A stretch of 64,000 bases of DNA from Eledone cirrhosa (taxonomy: Eukaryota), in the NCBI GenBank assembly GCA_964016885.1, contig OZ024749.1:17980001-18044000 (forward strand), given 5' to 3'. Positions within the stretch are counted from its first letter, which is position 1. Each line of letters starts with the position of its first letter. The translations under genes were made by a program, and so were the position numbers. The notes beneath the pieces are model-generated. The model did no database searches and had not been told where the DNA came from. It saw nothing but the letters and a program-made list of their open reading frames with translations. This document shows positions 11,501-25,653 of the stretch, in pieces.

Positions 11501-14500
11501 AAACCTAAAATAATCTATTTTTTTATACTTTTCGAAATATTTCAAAAATTGATTTTTTTTTAAATATTTACTTCTGATTCCAAAAATCTAAAATAATCTA
11601 TTTTTCGAAAAACCTAAAGTAATCTATTTTTTTATACTTTTCGAAATATTTCAAAAATTGATTTTTTTGAAATATTTACTTCTGATTTCAAAAACCTAAA
11701 ATAATCTATTTTTTTATGCTTTTCGAAATATTTCAAAAATTGATTTTTTTTGAAATATTTACTTCTGATTCCAAAAATCTATTTTTCGAAAAACCTAAAA
11801 TAATCTATTTTTTCGACATATTTCAAAAATTGATTTTTTTGAAATATTTACTTCTAATTTCAAAAACCTAAAATAATGTATTTTTTTTATACTTTTCGAA
11901 ATATTTCAAAAATTGATTTTTTTGAAATATTTACTTCTGATTTCAAAAACCTAAAATAATCTATTTTTCGAAAAACCTAAAATAATATATTTTTTTATAC
12001 TTTTCAAAATATTTCAAAAATTGATTTTTTTGAAATATTTACTTCTGATTTTAAAAACCTAAAATAATCTATTTTTTTATACTTTTCGAAATATTTCAAA
12101 AATTGATTTTTTTTCAAATATTTACTTCTGATTCCAAAAATCTAAAATAATCTATTTTTCGAAAAACCTAAAATAATCTATTTTTCGAAAAACCTAAAAT
12201 AATCTATTTTTTTTATACTTTTCGAAATATTTCAAAAATTGATTTTTTTTGAAATATTTACTTCTAATTTCGAAAACGTAAAATAATCTATTTTTCGAAA
12301 AACCTAAAATAATCTATTTTCTTATACTTTTCGAAATATTTCAAAAATTGATTTTTTTGAAATATTTACTTCTGATTTCAAAAACCTAAAATAATCTATT
12401 TTTCGAAAAACCTAAAATAATCTATTTTTCGAAAAACCTAAAATAATATATTTTTTTATACTTTTCAAAATATTTCAAAAATTGATTTTTTTGAAATATT
12501 TACTTCTGATTTCAAAAACCTAAAATAATCTATTTTTCGAAAAACCTAAAATAATCTATTTTTCGAAAAACCTAAAATAATCTATTTTTTTATACTTTTC
12601 GAAATATTTCAAAAATTGATTTTTTTGAAATATTTACTTCTGATTCCAAAAATCTAAAATAATCTATTTTTCGAAAAACCTTAATTAATCTATTTTTTTA
12701 TACTTTTCGAAATATTTCAAAAATTGATTTTTTTTGAAATATTTACTTCTGATTTCAAAAACCTAAAATAATCTATTTTTCGAAAAACCCAAAATAATCT
12801 ATTTTTTTATACTTTTCGAAATATTTCAAAAATTGATTTTTTTGAAATATTTACTTCTGATTTAAAAAACCTAAAATAATCTATTTTTTTATACTTTTCG
12901 AAATATTTCAAAAATTGATTTTTTTTTTAAATATTTACTTCTGATTTCAAAAACCTAAAATAATCTATTTTTCGAAAAACCTAAAATAATATATTTTTTT
13001 ATACTTTTCAAAATATTTCAAAAATTGATTTTTTTGAAATATTTACTTCTGATTTTAAAAACCTAAAATAATCTATTTTTTTATACTTTTCGAAATATTT
13101 CAAAAATTGATTTTTTTTCAAATATTTACTTCTGATTCCAAAAATCTAAAATAATCTATTTTTCGAAAAACCTAAAATAATCTATTTTTCGAAAAACCTA
13201 AAATAATCTATTTTTTTTATACTTTTCGAAATATTTCAAAAATTGATTTTTTTTGAAATATTTACTTCTAATTTCGAAAACGTAAAATAATCTATTTTTC
13301 GAAAAACCTAAAATAATCTATTTTCTTATACTTTTCGAAATATTTCAAAAATTGATTTTTTTGAAATATTTACTTCTGATTTCAAAAACCTAAAATAATC
13401 TATTTTTCGAAAAACCTAAAATAATCTATTTTTCGAAAAACCTAAAATAATATATTTTTTTATACTTTTCAAAATATTTCAAAAATTGATTTTTTTGAAA
13501 TATTTACTTCTGATTTCAAAAACCTAAAATAATCTATTTTTCGAAAAACCTAAAATAATCTATTTTTCGAAAAACCTAAAATAATCTATTTTTTTATACT
13601 TTTCGAAATATTTCAAAAATTGATTTTTTTGAAATATTTACTTCTGATTCCAAAAATCTAAAATACTCTATTTTTCGAAAAACCTTAATTAATCTATTTT
13701 TTTATACTTTTCGAAATATTTCAAAAATTGATTTTTTTTGAAATATTTACTTCTGATTTCAAAAACCTAAAATAATCTATTTTTTTATACTTTTCGAAAT
13801 ATTTCAAAAATTGATTTTTTTTTTAAATATTTACTTCTGATTCCAAAAATCTAAAATAATCTATTTTTCGAAAAACCTAAAATAATCTATTTTTCGAAAA
13901 ACCTTAATTAATATATTTTTTTATACTTTTCGAAATATTTCAAAAATTGATTTTTTTGAAATATTTACTTCTGATTTCAAAAACCTAAAATAATCTATTT
14001 TTTTTATACTTTTCGAAATATTTCAAAAATTGATTTTTTTGAAATATTTACTTCTGATTTCAAAAACCTGAAATAATCTATTTTTCGAAAAACCTAAAAT
14101 AATCTATTTTTTTATACTTTTCGAAATATTTCAAAAATTGATTTTTTTGAAATATTTACTTCTGATTTCAAAAACCTAAAATAATCTATTTTTTTTATAC
14201 TTTTCGAAATATTTCAAAAATTGATTTTTTTGAAATATTTACTTCTGATTTCAAAAACCTGAAATAATCTATTTTTCGAAAAACCTAAAATAATCTATTT
14301 TTTTATACTTTTCGCAATATTTCAAAAATTGATTTTTTTTGAAATATTTACTTCTGATTTCAAAAACCTAAAATAATCTATTTTTCGAAAAACCTAAAAT
14401 AATCTATTTTTCGAAAAACCTTAATTAATCTATTTTTTTATACTTTTCGAAATATTTCAAAAATTGATTTTTTTTGAAATATTTACTTCTGATTTCAAAA

Positions 14501-17500
14501 ACCTAAAATAATCTATTTTTTTATACTTTTCGAAATATTTCAAAAATTGATTTTTTTTTAAATATTTACTTCTGATTCCAAAAATCTAAAATAATCTATT
14601 TTTCGAAAAACCTAAAATAATCTATTTTTCGAAAAACCTAAAATAATATATTTTTTTATACTTTTCAAAATATTTCAAAAATTGATTTTTTTGAAATATT
14701 TACTTCTGATTTCAAAAACCTTAAATAATCTATTTTTCGAAAAACCTAAAATAATATATTTTTCGAAAAACCTAAAATAATCTATTTTTTAATACTTTTC
14801 GAAATATTTCAAAAATTGATTTTTTTGAAATATTTACTTCTGATTTCGAAAACGTAAAATAATCTATTTTTCGAAAAACCTAAAATAATCTATTTTTTTA
14901 TACTTTTCGAAATATTTCAAAAATTGATTTTTTTGAAATATTTACTTCTGATTTCAAAAACCTAAAATAATCTATTTTTTTATACTTTTCGAAATATTTC
15001 TAAAATTGATTTTTTTGAAATATTTACTTCTGATTTCAAAAACCTAAAATAATCTATTTTTCGAAAAACCTAAAATAATATATTTTTTTATACTTTTCAA
15101 AATATTTCAAAAATTGATTTTTTTGAAATATTTACTTCTGATTTTAAAAACCTAAAATAATCTATTTTTTTATACTTTTCGAAATATTTCAAAAATTGAT
15201 TTTTTTTCAAATATTTACTTCTGATTCCAAAAATCTAAAATAATCTATTTTTCGAAAAACCTAAAATAATCTATTTTTCGAAAGACCTAAAATAATCTAT
15301 TTTTTTTATACTTTTCGAAATATTTCAAAAATTGATTTTTTTTGAAATATTTACTTCTGATTTCGAAAACGTAAAATAATCTATTTTTCGAAAAACCTAA
15401 AATAATCTATTTTTTTGTACTTTTCGAAATATTTCAAAAATTGATTTTTTTTGAAATATTTACTTCTGATTTCAAAAACCTAAAATAATCTATTTTTCGA
15501 AAAACCTAAAATAATCTATTTTTCGAAAAACCTTAATTAATCTATTTTTTTATACTTTTCGAAATATTTCAAAAATTGATTTTTTTGAAATATTTACTTC
15601 TGATTTCAAAAGCCTAAAATAATCTATTTTTCGAAAAACCTAAAATAATCTATTTTTCGAAAAACCTTAATTAATCTATTTTTTTATACTTTTCGAAATA
15701 TTTCAAAAATTGATTTTTTTGAAATATTTACTTCTGATTTCAAAAACCTAAAATAATCTATTTTTTTATACTTTTCGAAATATTTCAAAAATTGATTTTT
15801 TTTTAAATATTTACTTCTGATTCCAAAAATCTAAAATAATCTATTTTTCGAAAAACCTAAAGTAATCTATTTTTTTATACTTTTCGAAATATTTCAAAAA
15901 TTGATTTTTTTGAAATATTTACTTCTGATTTCAAAAACCTAAAATAATCTATTTTTTTATGCTTTTCGAAATATTTCAAAAATTGATTTTTTTGAAATAT
16001 TTACTTCTGATTTCAAAAACCTAAAATAATCTATTTATTTATACTTTTCGAAATATTTCAAAGATTGATTTTTTTTGAAATATTTACTTCTGATTCCAAA
16101 AATCTATTTCTTCGAAAAACCTAAAATAATCTATTTTTTCGACATATTTCAAAAATTGATTTTTTTGAAATATTTACTTCTAATTTCAAAAACCTAAAAT
16201 AATGTATTTTTTTTATACTTTTCGAAATATTTCAAAAATTGATTTTTTTGAAATATTTACTTCTGATTTCAAAAACCTAAAATAATCTATTTTTCGAAAA
16301 ACCTAAAATAATATATTTTTTTATACTTTTCAAAATATTTCAAAAATTGATTTTTTTGAAATATTTACTTCTGATTTTAAAAACCTAAAATAATCTATTT
16401 TTTTATACTTTTCGAAATATTTCAAAAATTGATTTTTTTTCAAATATTTACTTCTGATTCCAAAAATCTAAAATAATCTATTTTTCGAAAAACCTAAAAT
16501 AATCTATTTTTTTTATACTTTTCGAAATATTTCAAAAATTGATTTTTTTTGAAATATTTACTTCTAATTTCGAAAACGTAAAATAATCTATTTTTCGAAA
16601 AACCTAAAATAATCTATTTTCTTATACTTTTCGAAATATTTCAAAAATTGATTTTTTTGAAATATTTACTTCTGATTTCAAAAACCTAAAATAATCTATT
16701 TTTCGAAAAACCTAAAATAATCTATTTTTCGAAAAACCTAAAATAATCTATTTTTTTATACTTTTCGAAATATTTCAAAAATTGATTTTTTTGAAATATT
16801 TACTTCTGATTCCAAAAATCTAAAATAATCTATTTTTCGAAAAACCTTAATTAACCTATTTTTTTATACTTTTCGAAATATTTCAAAAATTGATTTTTTT
16901 TGAAATATTTACTTCTGATTTCAAAAACCTAAAATAATCTATTTTTCGAAAAACCCAAAATAATCTATTTTTTTATACTTTTCGAAATATTTCAAAAATT
17001 GATTTTTTTGAAATATTTACTTCTGATTTAAAAAACCTAAAATAATCTATTTTTTTATACTTTTCGAAATATTTCAAAAATTGATTTTTTTTTTAAATAT
17101 TTACTTCTGATTCCAAAAATCTAAAATAATCTATTTTTCGAAAAACCTAAAATAATCTATTTTTCGAAAAACCTTAATTAATATATTTTTTTATACTTTT
17201 CGAAATATTTCAAAAATTGATTTTTTTGAAATATTTACTTCTGATTTCAAAAACCTAAAATAATCTATTTTTTTTATACTTTTCGAAATATTTCAAAAAT
17301 TGATTTTTTTGAAATATTTACTTCTGATTTCAAAAACCTGAAATAATCTATTTTTCGAAAAACCTAAAATAATCTATTTTTTTATACTTTTCGAAATATT
17401 TCAAAAATTGATTTTTTTGAAATATTTACTTCTGATTTCAAAAACCTAAAATAATCTATTTTTTTTATACTTTTCGAAATATTTCAAAAATTGATTTTTT

Positions 17501-20500
17501 TGAAATATTTACTTCTGATTTCAAAAACCTGAAATAATCTATTTTTCGAAAAACCTAAAATAATCTATTTTTTTATACTTTTCGCAATATTTCAAAAATT
17601 GATTTTTTTTGAAATATTTACTTCTGATTTCAAAAACCTAAAATAATCTATTTTTCGAAAAACCTAAAATAATCTATTTTTCGAAAAACCTTAATTAATC
17701 TATTTTTTTATACTTTTCGAAATATTTCAAAAATTGATTTTTTTTGAAATATTTACTTCTGATTTCAAAAACCTAAAATAATCTATTTTTCGAAAAACCC
17801 AAAATAATCTATTTTTTTATACTTTTCGAAATATTTCAAAAATTGATTTTTTTTGAAATATTTACTTCTGATTTCAAAAACCTAAAATAATCTATTTTTT
17901 TATACTTTTCGAAATATTTCAAAAATTGATTTTTTTTTAAATATTTACTTCTGATTCCAAAAATCTAAAATAATCTATTTTTCGAAAAACCTAAAATAAT
18001 CTATTTTTCGAAAAACCTAAAATAATATATTTTTTTATACTTTTCAAAATATTTCAAAAATTGATTTTTTTGAAATATTTACTTCTGATTTCAAAAACCT
18101 AAAATAATCTATTTTTCGAAAAACCTAAAATAATATATTTTTCGAAAAACCTAAAATAATCTATTTTTTAATACTTTTCGAAATATTTCAAAAATTGATT
18201 TTTTTGAAATATTTACTTCTGATTTCGAAAACGTAAAATAATCTATTTTTCGAAAAACCTAAAATAATCTATTTTTTTATACTTTTCGAAATATTTCAAA
18301 AATTGATTTTTTTGAAATATTTACTTCTGATTTCAAAAACCTAAAATAATCTATTTTTTTATACTTTTCGAAATATTTCTAAAATTGATTTTTTTGAAAT
18401 ATTTACTTCTGATTTCAAAAACCTAAAATAATCTATTTTTCGAAAAACCTAAAATAATATATTTTTTTATACTTTTCAAAATATTTCAAAAATTGATTTT
18501 TTTGAAATATTTACTTCTGATTTTAAAAACCTAAAATAATCTATTTTTTTATACTTTTCGAAATATTTCAAAAATTGATTTTTTTTCAAATATTTACTTC
18601 TGATTCCAAAAATCTAAAATAATCTATTTTTCGAAAAACCTAAAATAATCTATTTTTCGAAAAACCTAAAATAATCTATTTTTTTTATACTTTTCGAAAT
18701 ATTTCAAAAATTGATTTTTTTTGAAATATTTACTTCTGATTTCAAAAACCTAAAATAATCTATTTTTCGAAAAACCTAAAATAATCTATTTTTCGAAAAA
18801 CCTTAATTAATCTATTTTTTTATACTTTTCGAAATATTTCAAAAATTGATTTTTTTGAAATATTTACTTCTGATTTCAAAAACCTAAATTAATCTATTTT
18901 TCGAAAAACCTAAAATAATCTAATTTTTTGTACTTTTCGAAATATTTCAAAAATTGATTTTTTTGAAATATTTACTTCTGATTTCAAAAACCTAAATTAA
19001 TCTATTTTTCGAAAAACCTAAAATAATCTAATTTTTTGTACTTTTCGAAATATTTCAAAAATTGATTTTTTTTGAAATATTTACTTCTGATTTCGAAAAC
19101 GTAAAATAATCTATTTTTCGAAAAACCTAAAATAATCTATTTTTTTGTACTTTTCGAAATATTTCAAAAATTGATTTTTTTTTGAAATATTTACTTCTGA
19201 TTTCAAAAACCTAAAATAATCTATTTTTCGAAAAACCTAAAATAATCTATTTTTCGAAAAACCTTAATTAATCTATTTTTTTATACTTTTTGAAATATTT
19301 CAAAAATTGATTTTTTTTGAAATATTTACTTCTGATTTCGAAAACGTAAAATAATCTATTTTTCGAAAAACCTAAAATAATCTATTTTTTTGTACTTTTC
19401 GAAATATTTCAAAAATTGATTTTTTTTTAAATATTTACTTCTGATTCCAAAAATCTAAAATAATCTATTTTTCGAAAAACCTAAAATAATCTATTTTTCG
19501 AAAAACCTTAATTAATCTATTTTTTTATACTTTTCGAAATATTTCAAAAATTGATTTTTTTTGAAATATTTACTTCTGATTTCAAAAACCTAAAATAATC
19601 TATTTTTCGAAAAACCCAAAATAATCTATTTTTTTATACTTTTCGAAATATTTCAAAAATTGATTTTTTTTGAAATATTTACTTCTGATTTCAAAAACCT
19701 AAAATAATCTATTTTTTTATACTTTTCGAAATATTTCAAAAATTGATTTTTTTTTAAATATTTACTTCTGATTCCAAAAATCTAAAATAATCTATTTTTC
19801 GAAAAACCTAAAATAATCTATTTTTCGAAAAACCTAAAATAATATATTTTTTTATACTTTTCAAAATATTTCAAAAATTGATTTTTTTGAAATATTTACT
19901 TCTGATTTCAAAAACCTAAAATAATCTATTTTTCGAAAAACCTAAAATAATATATTTTTCGAAAAACCTAAAATAATCTATTTTTTAATACTTTTCGAAA
20001 TATTTCAAAAATTGATTTTTTTGAAATATTTACTTCTGATTTCAAAAACCTAAAATAATCTATTTTTTTATACTTTTCGAAATATTTCTAAAATTGATTT
20101 TTTTGAAATATTTACTTCTGATTTCAAAAACCTAAAATAATCTATTTTTCGAAAAACCTAAAATAATATATTTTTTTATACTTTTCAAAATATTTCAAAA
20201 ATTGATTTTTTTGAAATATTTACTTCTGATTTTAAAAACCTAAAATAATCTATTTTTTTATACTTTTCGAAATATTTCAAAAATTGATTTTTTTTCAAAT
20301 ATTTACTTCTGATTCCAAAAATCTAAAATAATCTATTTTTCGAAAAACCTAAAATAATCTATTTTTTTTATACTTTTCGAAATATTTCAAAAATTGATTT
20401 TTTTTGAAATATTTACTTCTGATTTCGAAAACGTAAAATAATCTATTTTTCGAAAAACCTAAAATAATCTATTTTTTTGTACTTTTCGAAATATTTCAAA

Positions 20501-23500
20501 AATTGATTTTTTTTGAAATATTTACTTCTGATTTCAAAAACCTAAAATAATCTATTTTTCGAAAAACCTAAAATAATCTATTTTTCGAAAAACCTAAAAT
20601 AATCTATTTTTTTGTACTTTTCGAAATATTTCAAAAATTGATTTTTTTTGAAATATTTACTTCTGATTTCAAAAACCTAAAATAATCTATTTTTCGAAAA
20701 ACCTAAAATAATCTATTTTTCGAAAAACCTTAATTAATCTATTTTTTTATACTTTTCGAAATATTTCAAAAATTGATTTTTTTGAAATATTTACTTCTGA
20801 TTTCAAAAACCTAAATTAATCTATTTTTCGAAAAACCTAAAATAATCTAATTTTTTGTACTTTTCGAAATATTTCAAAAATTGATTTTTTTTGAAATATT
20901 TACTTCTGATTTCGAAAACGTAAAATAATCTATTTTTCGAAAAACCTAAAATAATCTATTTTTTTGTACTTTTCGAAATATTTCAAAAATTGATTTTTTT
21001 TGAAATATTTACTTCTGATTTCAAAAACCTAAAATAATCTATTTTTCGAAAAACCTAAAATAATCTATTTTTCGAAAAACCTTAATTAATCTATTTTTTT
21101 ATACTTTTCGAAATATTTCAAAAATTGATTTTTTTGAAATATTTACTTCTGATTTCAAAAACCTAAATTAATCTATTTTTCGAAAAACCTAAAATAATCT
21201 AATTTTTTGTACTTTTCGAAATATTTCAAAAATTGATTTTTTTGAAATATTTACTTCTGATTTCAAAAACCTAAATTAATCTATTTTTCGAAAAACCTAA
21301 AATAATCTAATTTTTTGTACTTTTCGAAATATTTCAAAAATTGATTTTTTTTGAAATATTTACTTCTGATTTCGAAAACGTAAAATAATCTATTTTTCGA
21401 AAAACCTAAAATAATCTATTTTTTTGTACTTTTCGAAATATTTCAAAAATTGATTTTTTTTGAAATATTTACTTCTGATTTCAAAAACCTAAAATAATCT
21501 ATTTTTCGAAAAACCTAAAATAATCTATTTTTCGAAAAACCTTAATTAATCTATTTTTTTATACTTTTCGAAATATTTCAAAAATTGATTTTTTTTGAAA
21601 TATTTACTTCTGATTTCGAAAACGTAAAATAATCTATTTTTCGAAAAACCTAAAATAATCTATTTTTTTGTACTTTTCGAAATATTTCAAAAATTGATTT
21701 TTTTTGAAATATTTACTTCTGATTTCAAAAACCTAAAATAATCTATTTTTCGAAAAACCTAAAATAATCTATTTTTCGAAAAACCTAAAATAATCTATTT
21801 TTTTGTACTTTTCGAAATATTTCAAAAATTGATTTTTTTTGAAATATTTACTTCTGATTTCAAAAACCTAAAATAATCTATTTTTCGAAAAACCTAAAAT
21901 AATCTATTTTTCGAAAAACCTTAATTAATCTATTTTTTTATACTTTTCGAAATATTTCAAAAATTGATTTTTTTGAAATATTTACTTCTGATTTCAAAAA
22001 CCTAAATTAATCTATTTTTCGAAAAACCTAAAATAATCTAATTTTTTGTACTTTTCGAAATATTTCAAAAATTGATTTTTTTGAAATATTTACTTCTGAT
22101 TTCAAAAACCTAAATTAATCTATTTTTCGAAAAACCTAAAATAATCTAATTTTTTGTACTTTTCGAAATATTTCAAAAATTGATTTTTTTTGAAATATTT
22201 ACTTCTGATTTCGAAAACGTAAAATAATCTATTTTTCGAAAAACCTAAAATAATCTATTTTTTTGTACTTTTCGAAATATTTCAAAAATTGATTTTTTTT
22301 GAAATATTTACTTCTGATTTCAAAAACCTAAAATAATCTATTTTTCGAAAAACCTAAAATAATCTATTTTTCGAAAAACCTTAATTAATCTATTTTTTTA
22401 TACTTTTCGAAATATTTCAAAAATTGATTTTTTTGAAATATTTACTTCTGATTTCAAAAACCTAAATTAATCTATTTTTCGAAAAACCTAAAATAATCTA
22501 ATTTTTTGTACTTTTCGAAATATTTCAAAAATTGATTTTTTTTGAAATATTTACTTCTGATTTCAAAAACCTAAAATAATCTATTTTTTTATACTTTTCG
22601 AAATATTTCAAAAATTGATTTTTTTTTAAATATTTACTTCTGATTCCAAAAATCTAAAATAATCTATTTTTCGAAAAACCTAAAATAATCTATTTTTCGA
22701 AAAACCTTAATTAATCTATTTTTTTATACTTTTCGAAATATTTCAAAAATTGATTTTTTTTGAAATATTTACTTCTGATTTCAAAAACCTAAAATAATCT
22801 ATTTTTCGAAAAACCCAAAATAATCTATTTTTTTATACTTTTCGAAATATTTCAAAAATTGATTTTTTTTGAAATATTTACTTCTGATTTCAAAAACTTA
22901 AAATAATCTATTTTTTTATACTTTTCGAAATATTTCAAAAATTGATTTTTTTTCAAATATTTACTTCTGATTCCAAAAATCTAAAATAATCTATTTTTCG
23001 AAAAACCTAAAATAATCTATTTTTCGAAAAACCTAAAATAATCTATTTTTTTTATACTTTTCGAAATATTTCAAAAATTGATTTTTTTTGAAATATTTAC
23101 TTCTGATTTCGAAAACGTAAAATAATCTATTTTTCGAAAAACCTAAAATAATCTATTTTTTTGTACTTTTCGAAATATTTCAAAAATTGATTTTTTTTTG
23201 AAATATTTACTTCTGATTTCAAAAACCTAAAATAATCTATTTTTCGAAAAACCTAAAATAATCTATTTTTCGAAAAACCTAAAATAATCTATTTTTTTGT
23301 ACTTTTCGAAATATTTCAAAAATTGATTTTTTTTGAAATATTTACTTCTGATTTCAAAAACCTAAAATAATCTATTTTTCGAAAAACCTAAAATAATCTA
23401 TTTTTCGAAAAACCTTAATTAATCTATTTTTTTATACTTTTCGAAATATTTCAAAAATTGATTTTTTTGAAATATTTACTTCTGATTTCAAAAACCTAAA

Positions 23501-25653
23501 TTAATCTATTTTTCGAAAAACCTAAAATAATCTAATTTTTTGTACTTTTCGAAATATTTCAAAAATTGATTTTTTTTGAAATATTTACTTCTGATTTCAA
23601 AAACCTAAAATAATCTATTTTTCGAAAAACCTAAAATAATCTATTTTTCGAAAAACCTTAATTAATATATTTTTTTATACTTTTCGAAATATTTCAAAAA
23701 TTGATTTTTTTGAAATATTTACTTCTGATTTCAAAAACCTAAAATAATCTATTTTTTTTATACTTTTCGAAATATTTCAAAAATTGATTTTTTTGAAATA
23801 TTTACTTCTGATTTCAAAAACCTGAAATAATCTATTTTTCGAAAAACCTAAAATAATCTATTTTTTTATACTTTTCGCAATATTTCAAAAATTGATTTTT
23901 TTTGAAATATTTACTTCTGATTTCAAAAACCTAAAATAATCTATTTTTCGAAAAACCTAAAATAATCTACTTTTTTATACTATTTTCGAAATATTTCAAA
24001 AATTGATTTTTTTTTAAATATTTACTTCTGATTTCAAAAACCTCAAAATAATCTATTTTTTTATACTTTTCGAAATATTTCAAAAATTGATTTTTTTTGA
24101 AATATTTACTTCTAATTTCAAAAACCTCAAAATAATCTATTTTTTTATACTTTTCGAAATATTTCAAAAATTGATTTTTTTGAAATATTTACTTCTGATT
24201 TCAAAAGCCTAAAATAATCTATTTTTCGAAAAACCCAAAATAATCTATTTTTTTATACTTTTCGAAATATTTCAAAAATTGATTTTTTTTTAAATATTTA
24301 CTTCTGATTCCAAAAATCTAAAATAATCTATTTTTCGAAAAACCTAAAGTAATCTATTTTTTTATACTTTTCGAAATATTTCAAAAATTGATTTTTTTGA
24401 AATATTTACTTCTGATTTCAAAAACCTAAAATAATCTATTTTTTTATGCTTTTCGAAATATTTCAAAAATTGATTTTTTTTGAAATATTTACTTCTGATT
24501 CCAAAAATCTATTTTTCGAAAAACCTAAAATAATCTATTTTTTCGACATATTTCAAAAATTGATTTTTTTGAAATATTTACTTCTAATTTCAAAAACCTA
24601 AAATAATGTATTTTTTTTATACTTTTCGAAATATTTCAAAAATTGATTTTTTTGAAATATTTACTTCTGATTTCAAAAACCTAAAATAATCTATTTTTCG
24701 AAAAACCTAAAATAATATATTTTTTTATACTTTTCAAAATATTTCAAAAATTGATTTTTTTGAAATATTTACTTCTGATTTTAAAAACCTAAAATAATCT
24801 ATTTTTTTATACTTTTCGAAATATTTCAAAAATTGATTTTTTTTCAAATATTTACTTCTGATTCCAAAAATCTAAAATAATCTATTTTTCGAAAAACCTA
24901 AAATAATCTATTTTTCGAAAAACCTAAAATAATTTTTTATACTTTTCGAAATATTTCAAAAATTGATTTTTTTTGAAATATTTACTTCTAATTTCGAAAA
25001 CGTAAAATAATCTATTTTTCGAAAAACCTAAAATAATCTATTTTCTTATACTTTTCGAAATATTTCAAAAATTGATTTTTTTGAAATATTTACTTCTGAT
25101 TTCAAAAACCTAAAATAATCTATTTTTCGAAAAACCTAAAATAATCTATTTTTCGAAAAACCTAAAATAATATATTTTTTTATACTTTTCAAAATATTTC
25201 AAAAATTGATTTTTTTGAAATATTTACTTCTGATTTCAAAAACCTAAAATAATCTATTTTTCGAAAAACCTAAAATAATCTATTTTTCGAAAAACCCAAA
25301 ATAATCTATTTTTTTATACTTTTCGAAATATTTCAAAAATTGATTTTTTTTGAAATATTTACTTCTGATTTCAAAAACCTAAAATAATCTATTTTTTTAT
25401 ACTTTTCGAAATATTTCAAAAATTGATTTTTTTTTAAATATTTACTTCTGATTCCAAAAATCTAAAATAATCTATTTTTCGAAAAACCTAAAGTAATCTA
25501 TTTTTTTATACTTTTCGAAATATTTCAAAAATTGATTTTTTTGAAATATTTACTTCTGATTTCAAAAACCTAAAATAATCTATTTTTTTATGCTTTTCGA
25601 AATATTTCAAAAATTGATTTTTTTTGAAATATTTACTTCTGATTCCAAAAATC

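Larger units (their letters stand above)
3314..13559. repeat. Tandem duplication with a 5,038-bp period (~2 copies)
   Basis: TATGCT G at 5664/10702; GACAT at 5761/10799 and 6777/11815; 3363 matches 8401. The match breaks upstream of ~3314 and at 8522/13560. Confidence 0.9.

Noticed and set aside
23967-24167. 66-aa minus-strand ORF with a 28-aa repeat (KYFEKYKKIDYFEVFEIRSKYFKKNQFL)
   Set aside because: It arises because two adjacent C-insertion monomers are 84 bp (28 codons) long. The start is TTG rather than ATG, there is no unique flanking or regulatory context, and neighbouring monomers shift frame.
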